DNA from: Catajapyx aquilonaris
Taxonomy: Eukaryota
DNA length: 64,000 nucleotides
Assembly (NCBI GenBank): GCA_000934665.2
Contig: KZ538184.1
Span: 1-64,000 of the forward strand
Direction: 5' to 3'
The stretch's first letter is position 1. The number at the start of each line of letters is the position of its first letter. The position numbers and the translations under genes are program-made. Of this stretch, positions 13,501 to 28,500 are shown piece by piece. The notes under the pieces are model-generated. The model was not told where the DNA came from, did not search any database, and saw only the letters and a program-made list of their open reading frames with translations.

Positions 13501-16500
13501 AAAAATGCAGGGTGTTCCTATATATGAGACTGGATATACATTAATACATACAATAGTTAGCAATTAATATTGGTAAAAATTAGCAATTGTTTGAGTCTTC
13601 CTGCAATCTGTTATAATAATGTCACTAACCTCTAGTTATCTGAAACTTGACACATCAGTGTAAAACCCATATCATTACAGAGATCTTCCCCAACTTTTTC
13701 CTCCCAAAGGCAACTTCTCGTGACATGTCCTTCAAAACACTGCCACTCTCATTAGCTCGAAACACGAAAGCACAACAAACACAAAATCAACTAAAGCTGT
13801 CCCTCCAGGAGCTGACTGTCTCTGATTCCATTAGGTAACGTGTGTCACGACCAACCCCTGAAGGGCACTGGCCCTTTCATCTATTAGATAACACACTCTC
13901 TGTGTGATAGACATTCTAAATCCTTATACGACAGGATGAGCACACAGGTCGTGAGGATCCAATTTCTTCAATTTTTTTTGGACGGTCCTATACCCTCCTA
14001 AAAAGGCGGTGTTGTTTAACCCTTTCTTGATTCAGTTTTTTTTAAAGAGAGCAGCAATTAAGATTCCATTGCGGCAATAAAAGTTAGGGTTGGGAGAGTT
14101 AACGGCTCGCTGCTTGCTCTACCTCAACATAACCATAACAAGAAGCCGACACTTGTTTTTTGCCAGCAATAACTGTGGCCCATCATCATACATCATTCGA
14201 GGCGTGGGAGGCATGCATGTCGAGAAGAAACAAAAAGTTTCTTATGTAATAACTCGATTCATACTTACCAGTTCCTTGTGTTTCATCTGGGGCGAAACAA
14301 AAAGAAGGGGAAAAAGTTAGAAAGTAGTATTGACCTACCAAAAAAATAACAACTCAAGGTGGTCAATTGCAACATGTGTTTGCATAGGTCAGGAATACAT
14401 TAGCACCCTATTAGGACATGTTAGACTAATTAGCACCTTAATGTGGGGCTGTAGGCTGGCGTAAGGTAAACTAGATTTAAGAGATGCAGTATGTCACGCC
14501 AAATTGTAGTTTAAAAAAAGTTAATCTGAGAACAACCTGGTTTAATTGGTGGTTACCTGTCCTATTTTCGTTTTGAATGTACCAGATACTATTTGGAGAA
14601 AATTACTGTAGGTCATGAACAAAATATGTGTGTTTCAACCAGGTCGAAACAGTGACAGAGACCTACCCATGATCTTGGCCATCGTAGGGTTTAAATTTAA
14701 TCCCACCCCATTTTAAAATTCCCAGCACGTGGACCACCTTCCCGGCGGGTATCCAAAAAAGACTTGACGAGAACTGCATTTTCTCCTTTTCCCTTCACAG
14801 AGCGATCACGCAACGGAGAGGTCAGAAGGGGAAGTAGTCGAATCCGCCTTGAGCCCTACCCATCAGGTGGGAGGTTCCCTCCAACCTGGCCACACCATAA
14901 TCAAACCAGAAGAGTCTCCAGTGTACCAGAACCTGCCAGTGTATCAGAACCTTGTCCATGAGCCAATCTACGCCAACTCCGAGCAGGACGAGCACATCTA
15001 CGAAAACGTATATTTCGACAGCCCCATACCACGTCTTCCGCCCAAACTCCGGGTGATGGACCCTCTTCACATCAACCCGTACCTGGGATCGGACCAGAAG
15101 TGTCATCAATCACCCAGTCCAGACTCGGGGATATACGACGTGCCTAACACGACTGCTAACAACTGCGTTGGACATGTCACGCTTGATGACACCGAGTCAT
15201 CCGTCAGCCTGGACAGCCTTAATGCTGAGGAGGTAAAACCAGACTTAGACTTGGGCCTAAGCGTCAAATCAGGATTAGATACTAGAGGAATCTTAGGGAT
15301 AGAGCTAGGCCTAGACTCTAGATCGGATCTAGGACTGGAGCTGGGCCTAGTCTCCCGACCAGACATATGCATGGACCTAGGCCTAGTCACCAGACCGGAT
15401 CTAGGCCTAGCAGTGGAGACAGGGCCCATGCTGGCCTTAGACCAGAAGATGTCCCCAGAAGATCCGACTAGTCTCAGCAGCGATTTCACTCTGAGAGATG
15501 ACAGTCTGGAAGCATCCAACACTAACGCGACAGGTTCGATGAGCGCTGATAGCCTCAACAGTGTCCATCATAATAGCCTTCTGGACAGCTTAACTGAGGA
15601 CGCCCAAACGGCCGTTATTGCCATTTCTGAAGATGGTACTTGGGAGACCATGAACCCTGCAGTGGAAGACCTACAAGAGCAGCAGGTCGTGAACGAGAGG
15701 CATTTCTCCGAGGGTGGCTCGACCGAGGCAGTTGTGGAGCTGCAGCCATCAGAAGAGGAGGAAGACATGGAGGATGGAGGTCTCAAGCAGCGGAATCTGG
15801 GTGCACAGATCATGGAGAAGTACGAGCAGGATCAACAGAAGGTTAAGGACAGCCTGAATCTTCCGGAGATTTGTCTTCTGGACATGGATGAATCGCTGGA
15901 GGATATTGAGAAGGAGAGGAGGAAGATCATCGAGAACCAGGCAGTGCGTGTTAAAAGGATCAGTTCGTGGATACGAGGCCAGGAAGAATCGGAAATAATG
16001 GTCACCGAAGCTGAGTTGGAGGATTTGGAATTGAAGAGGATGGAACATCTGAAGAGGCAGCAGATGATGAAGGAACAAGGAAGGACAAAGGTGATGACCA
16101 TAGGGAAGGAGCTGCAAGTATTCACCCAGGATCAGGAGGTGACAGACATTGCCGATGGTAAGATATATCACTCTTTTATTCACTAACGCAATACTCCGTA
16201 ACAAAAAAACATGATCCAGTTTATATAAGTCATTAAACGCTTCTGTCATGTGTAAATTACATACTTGAAACGCTCTGAAAAATTTCTCGACCCAAATACT
16301 GCCAATTTTTGAGTTGAATGGTCAGGAAACAAACAAAATACAACCGTTTGGCCGCTGGCTCTTAAGAAGGTGGTGTCACAGCAGAAGTGTGCAAATAATT
16401 CACAGACGTACATTTCAGTCACCAGGAGCCCAACAGAGCGGTAAGATGCAAAACAATAGCACACATGCGGTGTAAGTGGGTCAAACAATTTCGCTGCCCG

Positions 16501-19500
16501 GAACTAACGCAACATCTTGAGAAACGAAACGAAAAAAAAGAGAGAGAATGTTAACAACTCATATGTTGCTCGGAATTTCATCCGCTTCAGGGCTAGGCAC
16601 AATGGAGCACAAAAACAGTTTTTGATATATTGGCACACATTTTCGAGTTCGCCAGAGATTGTGGGGATGAGGTCAGGGGTTTGTTGTTGTGTGCTCAGTC
16701 CCTAATAATTGCTGGAGCCATGCAAAGCAAGCGGTCCATCAAAAAAAAAGGGCATTCCGCTCCACATACCTATTTTCAGGAGAAAATGCTGTGACATGAG
16801 GATGTTTTTAGCCGCATGGGAGGAATCGTATTTGTTCAAGTTGGGTGGCCGAGAATGAAATGTTTTTTTTTCCTCCAGTACTATATCAAAAGTTATTTTC
16901 ATAAGCCAACACGCAGGTTTAAAAATATTGGCCAAATTGAGTTGCAGTCCGTGACTGTTTTGAAACGTTTTGGCGCAATTTTTTTTTCGCCTCTCGAGAT
17001 TTAACATGTGACAGGGAAGCAGCACCATGCAGAAAATTGCAGAACGCAGCCGCAGTAGGCGAAGTTGGTAAGGGTTGTTTACCCAAGCAACCGGTTTTTA
17101 GGATAACCAACAAATTGTGGCTTATATGTTGAAAACATATATCATTCGAACTTGTTTGACAAGATATTACAGACAAAACTGTGGCATTGTATGCACACTA
17201 TGAAATATGTAAGAACTGTTAGGTATTTATCAACAATGAGCATGGAATATACAGGAAACAGCAATATCTGATTAAAAAATTACACAATATACTACATTGC
17301 ACAGTGAAATTCCACAAAAAAATGATTGTGCCATAATTATGTCACATTCCTTCTATTCATAGCTTGCTAACAGTAAGAAGAATCCAGGTTACGCGAAGCT
17401 CGAAAAGATGAATCTTTAGGTAGACTATAAAAGGCAAAGTTTGTTCGTTCGTTTGCTTGCTTGTTTGTCCATGGCAACAACGACATTTATCAATTATTGG
17501 TGCCATGATGTCAACAGTGATTGGTTGTTTTCATTCCATTACCTTGTAATTAGGCCATAATAAAACAAAAATCAATCACCTATTAATTAGATAAAGCCAA
17601 CATGGCTGCCCAATTTTTTTCTGGTGATGTGCATTTTTTTTGTTATCAAAGTTGGCAATCGTATATGACTGAATCGCACTGTACACGTCTTCTTCAAGTT
17701 TGCATTCAGCTCTAGAGATGGCGCAAAAATTCGCGAACAAAACCAAGTGTACCAAACCTTGCATGTAGGCCACCCTCCTTACACAAACGCCATGGGTGTT
17801 GCCTGAACTCCAGGAGCTGAGAGGCCAATTTGGACACGAACTTTACCTAGACTCCAGAGAGACCGGTTCCACAGGCTTGAGAATTGGGTAGAATCTGGTA
17901 GAATATATTTCACAAAGACTTTCATGCTGAACTGCAGTAACTCTCTTTAAGGTATTTATTTTATTTTCCTTCAGAGATTGCGCGGGTCATTGCTGCACCA
18001 ACACACATGCACACGCATCATTTGACCTCTTAGCAGGTCAATTCACAAAACGGGGGTGTACGAAATGTAACGGTTCGAAAAGGAGCCCTCCCCCGCCTGG
18101 ATGCCGAACCGCATTCCTGAACCATCACGTGATTTTCCTCAGGAAAAACCTGCACCAAATGCGTCGTTACAACAATCCTCAGAAGAAGAAAAAAAGTGTG
18201 CAGGATGTTCCTTTAATGATTCTGACAACATTTTACGAACCGGCAATTAGCATGAATAGCACCGTATATGACGAGGACACAGCATATATACGACACTTCC
18301 ATCTCATTGCCAATATGGCAACCTTGCGTTTGAAGCCAATTATCTCAATAACTATGATTCGCAAACCAATTGACACCTCGACATAAAATGATCATCTGGT
18401 CCACATCTATCATTATGGAACATACTTTATAGCCGTGATATTGAGCCGGACACGCCCTACATCCGACTGTCATCTGGGTGAAACCATCTGTTAGTTGAGA
18501 TGGTAATAGCTCGTCTCCATGGGGGTGGGACCAATTTTAAAAATAATAATAAAAAAGAGAGAGAGATAAGCAACAATGGAGTCCTCTGAATACTTCCGCC
18601 ATCTCGTTACCGCTGCTCTACTTGCGGATTAATTAGAGAGGGATACACTTTGGCGGCTGACTGGTTTTTTTGATATCTGGCCATATATTTCGATCGTAAA
18701 ACTGATGGAGGGAAAGAAATATAGGTCAAGATGACCATATGTTCACGTTTTAGATGGATCCGGAGATTTTGGCAGGACGTTTGGCATGAAACGGGCCAGC
18801 CACTGATTGGACGACGAAAATGTGCAATCCATCAATTATTATCGGTAGTTAATTATAGCCAGACCGTTATTTCTCATAATGTATCAATTGGTCAAAGTAA
18901 TGTACAGTCATTTAATATCAACAGTTGAGAAACCCGTTAGTAAATTCTAATTTAGCAAATAATCACTAAGGTCTAATAGTTATCTATTGTAATATTATAA
19001 AAGGCAAAATTCGTTTGTTTGTCCAGGTTTGATTTAATTATTTTATTCGGTTCGACCATTCACTTGTAATTTATAAATTTATAATATATTGTCATATCCT
19101 TTGCCTTTTATTACTAGATCTAGTATTATAAATGGCAAAGATTGTTTATTTGTTTGCTTTCTTGTTGGTCCAGTTTTGGTTTAATTTTATTCGGTTAAAA
19201 TTGATATCATTTGCATAATTTATAAATTAATTCACTGTTGGATTTGAAGTTTTGACTTATAATTTGCAAGTGAATTCAGTTGAACCGAGTAAAAAAACCA
19301 AACCTGGACGGACAAACAAACTTTGCCTTTTATAATAATAGCTAAATGATGCAAATTACAAATTATAGAATGTAAATATTACAAATTATGGAATATAAAA
19401 ATCACAAATTATGGAATATAAAAATCACAAATTAGTTTAAAAATTGCAGATATAATAAAATTTCCAGATAATACAAGATTGTCAATATTTTACGACAGGT

Positions 19501-22500
19501 TCATGGCGAAAAATATTGCGAAACTTGTGGTTATTATCGCAATAAAATCGTCGGGGTATCGAACCCGGTACCTTCCAAATGACCATCCAGGTCATCGAAC
19601 TAACGTACATTGCACACGTTAATTAACCAAATTGTGTGAAGACACTGCCCAGTAATGATCACTTTCAAAAATCAAGGTCCGAATCTGTGTCACTTCGGTA
19701 TGTCCAAACGGTACATCGCCCAAATGAGTCTGCACCGGAAACATTGTGGGGGTGAAGAAGAAAAAAAAAGTGACGCAACTATAGTTATCAAAACACGCGA
19801 AAAAAATGTACCGTTATTTCTTTTTTTTCATTACGTCTATACTATACGTATATACTACCTGGAATCATGCACGACATGCTTCTGCACTATACCTTCTGCT
19901 GGCAGGTAAATCGTGACCGTGCATTGTACTTTGTGCTTTCTATTCAACTTTTTTTTTTCCTCTCTTCTTCTTCCAAGCCTCTTGTTTACTTCCGCTCCTC
20001 TTCACACCACCGCGTTTTTGTCACGTCCAGAATAGTTTAAACGAAGAAAAAAAAAAGTCGATCTATTCCCAGCTAGATCCCTTTGTCTTATGAAAATCAG
20101 GAAGAGTCAGTGACACAATTCGTGACCGAAAATAAGGTCTGATATCATCACACCTTTTTTTTGTGTGTGTCTGCCATATTTAATTGGGCATAGTTGCCTG
20201 ACCCGCCTGGAGGTCATAATTCTGACCTTTGACCCTCCAACTATAATTTGCGCTGTTATTTTCTCAGCTGTTTTTTTGTGTGAGGGATGACCAATTTTGA
20301 TGCCGCCTGGCCCCATAATTAATTGAAGAAAAAATTTGCGGGTTTGCAAATAAAGTAAAATTTACGTGGTGTCCCCTTTGAAATTATGCATCAAAATCGT
20401 TTTTGCAAAATTAGCTTGTGTTATTAGTGTCAAAATATGGTCACGATGGTGTGTCATGTCGATTAAATATATTTTTGTTGGATATTTCATGACTTTTTTT
20501 TCTTTTCGAAATGCAATGAACACAATGTATCTTCTGGTATGTTAGCCCCTTCCCAGTGAACCAAAAAAAATATATTTTTCTAACGGGTTCATTAATTCCG
20601 AATCACACGGGAGGCGTCCCCAGAACCGTAAAAATGCAAGTACGTCCTCTTCAGTCACGCATTGCTTGTTCCTTCGAATTTTTATAACCAGCTACCCATC
20701 GACGAGCACGTCCGTCGACCATCACAAATTCCGACGTGGGGAGGTCTTCAGACTTCTCCCAGCACGGAATCCCATGAATAACATACACATCGAAGGGCTG
20801 GGAGAAAATTACATGGGGACTCATAGAGAGGAAGCGTCTCCATGCATAAAGTATTGTAAATCTGTACACATTCGGAGGTCTAAACAATGGGAAGACAGGC
20901 GTGGAATCACTGGGGCGAACACAATGGAACGAATTAATCAGATTGATCTAGTAGCACCACATTCCTCATATAGATGGCGCGTCTGGACATTACTGTCACT
21001 GTCAGGGTCTGCGCACAACAGTTCGCGCAGCTTGCATGGTTGGAATTATCAATGACAACTGGTAACCTCCCTGTGTAGTTAGTGTATTGCGCTGCACTTA
21101 TTTCCAACGCTACGTTTGGGGGGAGGGGCACAAAATGGCCGACGTTTGGGACGTTCCCAAAAGCTCTGGAATGAACCTCAGAGGATACGGATGTGAATTA
21201 TTAATTAATCAATTTAATTCGATTCAATATTCAATCATCATCATCCTTGACATTTTCCTCCAAAAAAATTGGAGTTGCCAGCGGATAACGAGGATTTAAT
21301 TCGATTTATTTTATTTTATTTCATTAATATCGGTATTATTCATTAATTGGCCTCTGAGGAGTAACTCTGGCAACGTTGTCACCACAACAGAGGAGCTGCG
21401 TGAATGAGGGTGCGCACTCGGTTGTGCTGATGACTGACTCTGGACAAACAGAGGCACAGACATGCCAATTATATACGTGATATATTTGACATCAGCTGCT
21501 GATTCTATGTTACTCACATGGCTGGCTTTAATTACTGTTTTGGTTCGTTAGCGTCTGAAGTGATATATGGTGGTAGGTAAAATCTTATTGCAATTCCTTG
21601 TTTTATAGGCGTCGTATAGAGCAGGTTGAATAATTTCGCAACTATTCAGAAAACGCATGACTGAATCGACCTGCAAAAGCAACACGCTTGCCACGACCTG
21701 ACTTTCGCAATTTTTTTGACCATATATATAAATTGGGGGGTGTCACGTGAGGGTCACCAGCCCTTGTTGCTTGCATAAAAAAACGACACGTGACGGAAGT
21801 GACAGCAAAATTACTTCCATAGTCATCACTGCAATTTCTTTTCCCAACCTCCGTCCTTGCACTTGCTGCGTTTTTGTCACGTCATGACATGTGTCATATG
21901 CACCTGCTAGACCACCGTGACAGACCAGAAGAATAGACGTGACTTCCTATTACATGGTGGTCGCATTGCAATAAAAAATACTATTATTGCTGAACTGCAC
22001 TCTGGTCCAGGATTTTTTTTAGAACTTTTTTTTGTGCTTCCAATGTACGGTATAATATGTTTGAGGTACTGTGCCGTACTGTTCCTGACCTATTTGAATC
22101 GAACCTAACGGCATAAGTGCACGTTATGCCATCTGGAATGGTATGAACAAATGGACGGTATTTGTTTTACTTGTTTGTTCTGATCGGGAACAATTGATAA
22201 ATATTTGTACACCCTGTATGACTAATTGAAGTACTCAGGAGAAAAACATGTTAACTCCACTGTTTTTTTCCTCCCGAGCCGTTCAATTAAGATACATTTT
22301 TTTTGATTTTGTATTGTGAATGTCTAGAGTCTAGACGGAGATTGTCTTGTAATTTCGACATACAACCGGTCCTAATAGGATTAAACATGGATTAACGGGA
22401 CAGTGTCCCCTTCTGAAGAATGCAGTCGACATTCTTGAACTCGACGCCCTGTGTCTTTGTCCAAATCGCATTATTTTAAAATTTAAATACACTTATAATT

Positions 22501-25500
22501 GCAGACAGTTTGGGGACAGTTTTGGACCAAAAAATTGTCAACGTTTTTGTAAATGCCTCGAATTCTTTCGGATTATTATCCTTACCCTAATCCTGAACTG
22601 AATGCATGTTGTGCTAGTTCGTTCTTTCATAGTATATGTAGGGGGAAGTCTAGAGGCAAATGCCCAGGAGGGTGAAACTCGGTGTCCTTCAAGGGCTTTT
22701 TAGAAAATCTCTCAGAAGTCTCAGGGTCATCCTCTTTTCGCATGCATTGCCATGGTCTTCACGACCCAGACTTCTCTTCACTAGGTCACACACACAAAAA
22801 AAAGGTAAGAAGAAGAGAGAAAGAGGATAGAGATACTGTAGGCGCGGCTAAAATGAAGTGCAGCTCGATTACACTATGGACATGCTGCGGTGAAAACTCA
22901 ACTTTGCAGTTCTAAAAAGGCCAGCAACCTTTACCGGTTCACTGGATTTACCGGATTCATCCCCAGCTCATCACTTCATCAAGCTCCAATTTCTTTAGTT
23001 TTTTTGGAGGAAGGAAATGCAAAAATTTAGCAACTTTCACTATTCAGGACGTGTCATTTCGTCTATACATATTAATTCGACGCCATAAAATGACACGCCC
23101 ATCCTTTTAGGAAATTGGATGGTCCAGATTTCCCTATGCACAATTAAGACTCTGTTTTGATATCAGATAATAAAATCACTTCATTAGAAGAAACTGCTGG
23201 CCCAATTTAAAACCTGTATGCATCCACTTTCGTTGTTGTGACGGTTTTTGATACACTGGTTTTTCTAGCTGTTAAATTTAATTTTAGTTACTGTTCATTT
23301 CCTCGTTAAAAATATTTCAACAAATTTACACAAAAAATAATTTAGGCACATCTGAGTTAATGAAAGATTGAAATAATATTCATAATAAAATAAATGCGTA
23401 TTATATAGAAATTACAAATATTATAAAATGTATATTTCACCAACTTCAAACCAATGTTTATTACTCTGGATTGTTAATATAGTGTCATCCATTATTTATT
23501 TATGACTATAATTTAAAGCACCAATGGCCAGATCGCTTTTGCAACGTTAGGGGCCAATAATTGCACGACATTAGCCCGTAAAATATTTGCGCCCATTCCT
23601 TTTTTTAAAAAGCGCAATTTATTTTCGACATTCCAACTTCATTTCCCTTGTAAGGAAACCAGCACACCTCCATTGTTGTCCTGTCTCAAGCTCCTTCAAT
23701 GCATAGTTATTTGAACCTGTCACACCCAGCAGGTACACATGATCCGTTCCTAATTCATAAATCGGGGCTATACATTGCTCAAGGCATCCAAAAAAGAAGC
23801 ATCTTCACTTTAAAAAATGTAATGTTCTTTTTTTTTGCCAAGATGTCAACCCTTTTGTTGTTCAAGAAGGAAACCAGCACACAATCTTCGTGGCAATGTC
23901 TCACACGATGCGTTAAAAAGAAGTCCTGGCCAGCTCAGCTCAAGACTGAGAAACTTTACCCCCCTCCTTTCTTCAAACCCCCCCCNNNNNNNNNNNNNNN
24001 NNNNNNNNNNNNNNNNNNNNNNNNNNNNNNNNNNNNNNNNNNNCCCTCCACCCCCCCCCCCCTAAACCACCTCACCTGGCCGCAGGTGGTAGTTGGTAAG
24101 GCCACCTTCTACCTTTTTTCCCACAAGTGCTTGCTCACTCGCTTGTGGACGTTGCTTCAGCTTAGGTCTGGCTGCGGCTCAAGGAGGACGGTTTTTTTCT
24201 TAAAGGAAAGAAAAAAATTTAGGCAAACTTCCGGTGTTGAAGTGTAGTGTCTTAAGATGGAGGTGACCAGTGGTCAGTGAAAAAAAAGGGTGTCGAAAAA
24301 AAATATTACTGGAGAGGATATCCGTGATACTTGGAAAAAAATACAGGTTGGTGTCATTTTTATTCTTGTGAAAATAACAATGTGTTTCGTTAAATACTAC
24401 TGACGGCTATGTAATATAAAATTTTGCGAATTTTCGACCAATGACTGTAACCGTTTTTTTTACATACAATACCCAAGAATATGACGTCCGTATTGAAATA
24501 TTTCTGCAACAAAAGTGGTTATTTTTGTCGACAAATGTTCAAAGCATTTAACAATTTAGCAAAAAGCTCGATGCAGCCATCTTGCCAGACGTTGTTGAAT
24601 TGTGCAAATTCATGTTCATTTGACTACATTTTGCTGAAGGAGGAAAAAACGGTTGGTGATAGTGTCACGTTCGAACATACTATTTTTTTCTTCTTTAAAT
24701 TGTACTTACTCCTTCACAATAATAACCCTGTTATAATAAGGAAGCAAGCCACTTCCGTCGCAAAAATTCCTCATACGAAAATATACGTTATATAAGCCTT
24801 CTTTTTTATCGTTGTTTCTCAACATGCGTTTTTTTTTCATTCCGGTATTTACTGCTTTATTCGAATTCTCCGTGTTTTACGTCGTGAAAAATATGTTTTC
24901 CACCATTGTTGGCGTGTCTGTGTCGTAACTGCCAGCATTAACAATACGATTATTCTGATTTACAAAAGACAAGCTGAAAATTCACCAAGTGCATTCCAAC
25001 CTTCAAGAACTGGAACCTGCATAATCTGGAAGCCGTTAGATACGTGGCAGTAATATTTACATGTTCTCTAGAAAGTGTAGCCGGCGGATGAAAAAAAAGT
25101 ACAGTTAAAAATGCGCCCTGCATATACTTACATAATTCAAGAGCCCCAAAAAATTTCCGAGACGGTATTTGGCTGACAAAAAAAATAAATGTCCAGAGTG
25201 AATCCTCCATTGCGGCTTTTTTAGAAAGCCAGTTGAGCGTTTCTTTTCCGAACAAAGAAAAGCTTTACCAGACGTTGGTCCTTGAATGGGCTGTAAAAAT
25301 GTTCTCTGCCCATTTTTTTTGAAGGACTTTAAAATATTTTGAAGAAAAATGTTAACTGAGCTGAAAGAAATTGGCGATAATCATGCGCCTCTTGTTTCGA
25401 AATTGTGAAACTGATTTGGCACGCTTGAACGGAGAAAATCAGCTCGTGTTCCTTTCACGAAACAATCTAATTTTCTCTTTGATGGAAACCAAACGCTTGC

Positions 25501-28500
25501 ATTTTCTCACTGTTGAAGTCCACGCAAAATTCGAGTAGTTCTCTAGCACGTAAGAAAATAATTTTAAAAAAAAAATCGTGTGGAGGTTACGTCGGGTTAC
25601 AATTTCTAAGTTTCCTGAGATTAATATGATAAAAAAAAGGGAAACAATGACCCGTATCACCTTGTTTAAAACAACTTTCGGCTCTATGAATCCGTTTTTT
25701 TTTGTGTGCTGTTACCCATACCGTGCGATTTTTTTTTGGATTAATCTAGATTAAAATTTGAAATGTGTGGCATCCGGTCAATTATCCAGAAATGTACTCA
25801 TGTGTATAGTAAATTGGTCGGAGTATTAATCATATGCGCGGTATGAACAAAAAAATGCATATGGAGCAGAGTTCACGCCCTGATAAGACCGGAAATCAGC
25901 ATGAACGGATTACTTCATATCGCGAACACACGCAATGAGCATTACATATATGATGTTAGTACATTTTACAACTTTTATTTTTAACCTTCTTACTGGGCAG
26001 ATAATGGCATATGGTCTTCACCATTATCCAGGTGTCTTCCGGAGGTTCAAAACCCTCCCCGGATAGCCTACCGTTTCGTGTCACCGGAAATGCCGTGAAA
26101 CCATGCATGGAAGCCCCTCTTCTTTTGTTTGTAGAAAAAGGAAGGCGGGAAATAATAAGGGCTACCAATCTTTCAAAAAAAAAAATACTGTTCACCTAAC
26201 GCTACCTAATCTGTACAAAAATCGGGGACTTGCACTGTTATAATGCTGGACATGTAGAGCACACGTTTAAAGAGGTAGGTTCGGATTCTAAGTATGACCG
26301 ACTCCCAGAGATGTAACGGTCCTCATCCTAATTTGAGATGGTCGTGACGGTTATTGCCTGGGCGTTACATACATAGAAATGAGCTGACGTGATCACAAAG
26401 TAGCTGATGGCCTGCCTACGACGAGACAGATGGGTGTCTATACATAGAAGTTTCAAGGAGCGATTAATAAAATAGGCTCACAAGCTACCACCTGACGGCT
26501 CTTGGGGGTCGAGTATATAGAAAAGTAATGTCCTAGAAGAGATTCGTTCACCTCTCTTGGAAAAAGGTTCATGACGCTTTGAAGAAGAGGAATGAACTGG
26601 CTTTCAAGCATGAAGAGCACCAACACTCTTTGGATGTTGTGCGTGTTTTTGTTTGTTACACAGCAGGGTGTGACCCAGTACCCATGAGTTGTTACTGGGA
26701 TGTTGAATTACTCTATTGTCATCTTACCATGCAGATGTCTAATTTTGTACTAGGAGGTAACCTCAAAGCTGGTTGTATCAAGCAAGGAAAAACATGTTCT
26801 AATGTGCATTACGCGAAGACCGGATCAGTGTTGCAGTGGAATTATTCTAAATGTAAGGAATTGTGTGGGACACTTGAAATATTATCAAAATTTAATTGGC
26901 CTAGAATGAAACTCATTTGACACTCAACAATTTAGACGAAAATGTCCGTAGTACCATACATTTTATCCGAGTAATCTGAATTTGTGTTTTGTCAGAAATG
27001 GTACTTGCAGAAAATATTTCAAGAGAGTTTCGAGAGAAAGAACGTACCGAATTATTGTCGTAGATATAGGGCAAGCTACGTGCAGCAGTCGTTGAACCTT
27101 CAGTACATTTGCCAGATGGCCCAGTATCACACCTCTCCAGACAATATTGTGAAGCAAGTTGGGAATCCGGGCCTTGCAAAAGTGTGTCAAAGGTACGGTG
27201 GTGCAGCATTAATTATTGGGTCATATCTCCGGACGATTCATTAATGGCCACTGCTCGTTAAAAACTGAACACCAAATGAGAAAAAATGCACATTTTCAAT
27301 GAAAATGTAACGAATTTGTGCACAAATATGAATTTAAGTCAGACACAATCAATCTTGACTTGTTGCTTCAGGTACTGTGATGCATGTCCAGGTTCAGCCC
27401 CCAATAATTACATACCCCATGCGAAAAGATTACCCAGAAATGCAAATTGCAAGAAAATCATCCCCTCGTGCCATAATCATGATGCAAGAAATCCTTAGGG
27501 GGAAAAAAACAGTTGATTCGAGCGAACTATGAGAGGTTAAGGCAACAACTTTCACCGTAAGCTGCTTATTCAGCTTAGGAAACTGAACTCATTACCATGT
27601 TGAGGCAGCTCGATCGAGAAAAGAAATAAAAACTAAATGAGGCCAAGGTAATGATCAAAATCGTACAATAACTTTTTCCCCACCGTTTATTCTCACATCC
27701 CAATAATTGGAAACTTTCGATTTATCAAAAAATTGTCACGCAATCACTTCAAAAAAAATAATTCTTGGGTGACAGGTAGCCCTGTATAGTCACAAAAGGA
27801 CTTAGCCATGGCCCTAAAATGCGCCTATGACCTCCGCAGTCTTACAATAATAAACGATAATTCTTGCGTGGGAGGATGCTGCGTCTGGAGCAAGGACGAT
27901 TGCATCTAGTGCAAGCTCCGTGTCCATCAAGTGTACTTCACGTACCACCAGGTCTTATAAGGATGGACTGCGTTAAACCACGAGGTAAGTTGCCACTACT
28001 GACACTGTGACAGTGGTTCAATGTCCTCAGAAGTTTCCGCACGGAAGAAACAAGCCGTGGTCCATAGTTCCGTCCGCGGCTGAGTGTGAACATTAAGAGA
28101 GGACAGTGATGATGACCTCAGCCGAATTACGTATTTTTGCAGTAATCAACAAGGCAATTTTCGCCTTCTGGTGTCAAGGAAAACAAAAACAACAAAAAAA
28201 AATCCCTTTCTCTTTCTGGAAGGAAATGCCAAGTCTCTCGTAATGGTTCTCTCTCTCTCATTCAAAACGTTAGATAGTTTAGAAAGTAGGGCTCGTGTGC
28301 TATCCGTCATTCGCAGATACTTTCCGAATTAGTCAAGGCAAATGATATTCTAGTAGAGGTCCTGCCAGTATTATTTCCAACCGTGGCCAAAAAAAGAGCC
28401 GGATGGTCAATCAGTCTTCAAGGAGCCGAAAATTATATGGCATCCGCCCTTCACGATGGTCACGGTATCATCCTGTTTTTCTAGGGGCGTTGTCCAAAAA

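Noticed and set aside
15106..16249. Several minus-strand ORFs of 80-166 aa
   Set aside because: Antisense shadows of the large + strand exon.
22742..22804. ATG exon with a strong AAG|GTAAGA donor
   Set aside because: Phase 0 does not match the phase-1 acceptor at 32260. It could be non-coding but is unsupported.
23699..24247. 182-aa ORF
   Set aside because: It spans the N gap and is probably an artefact.
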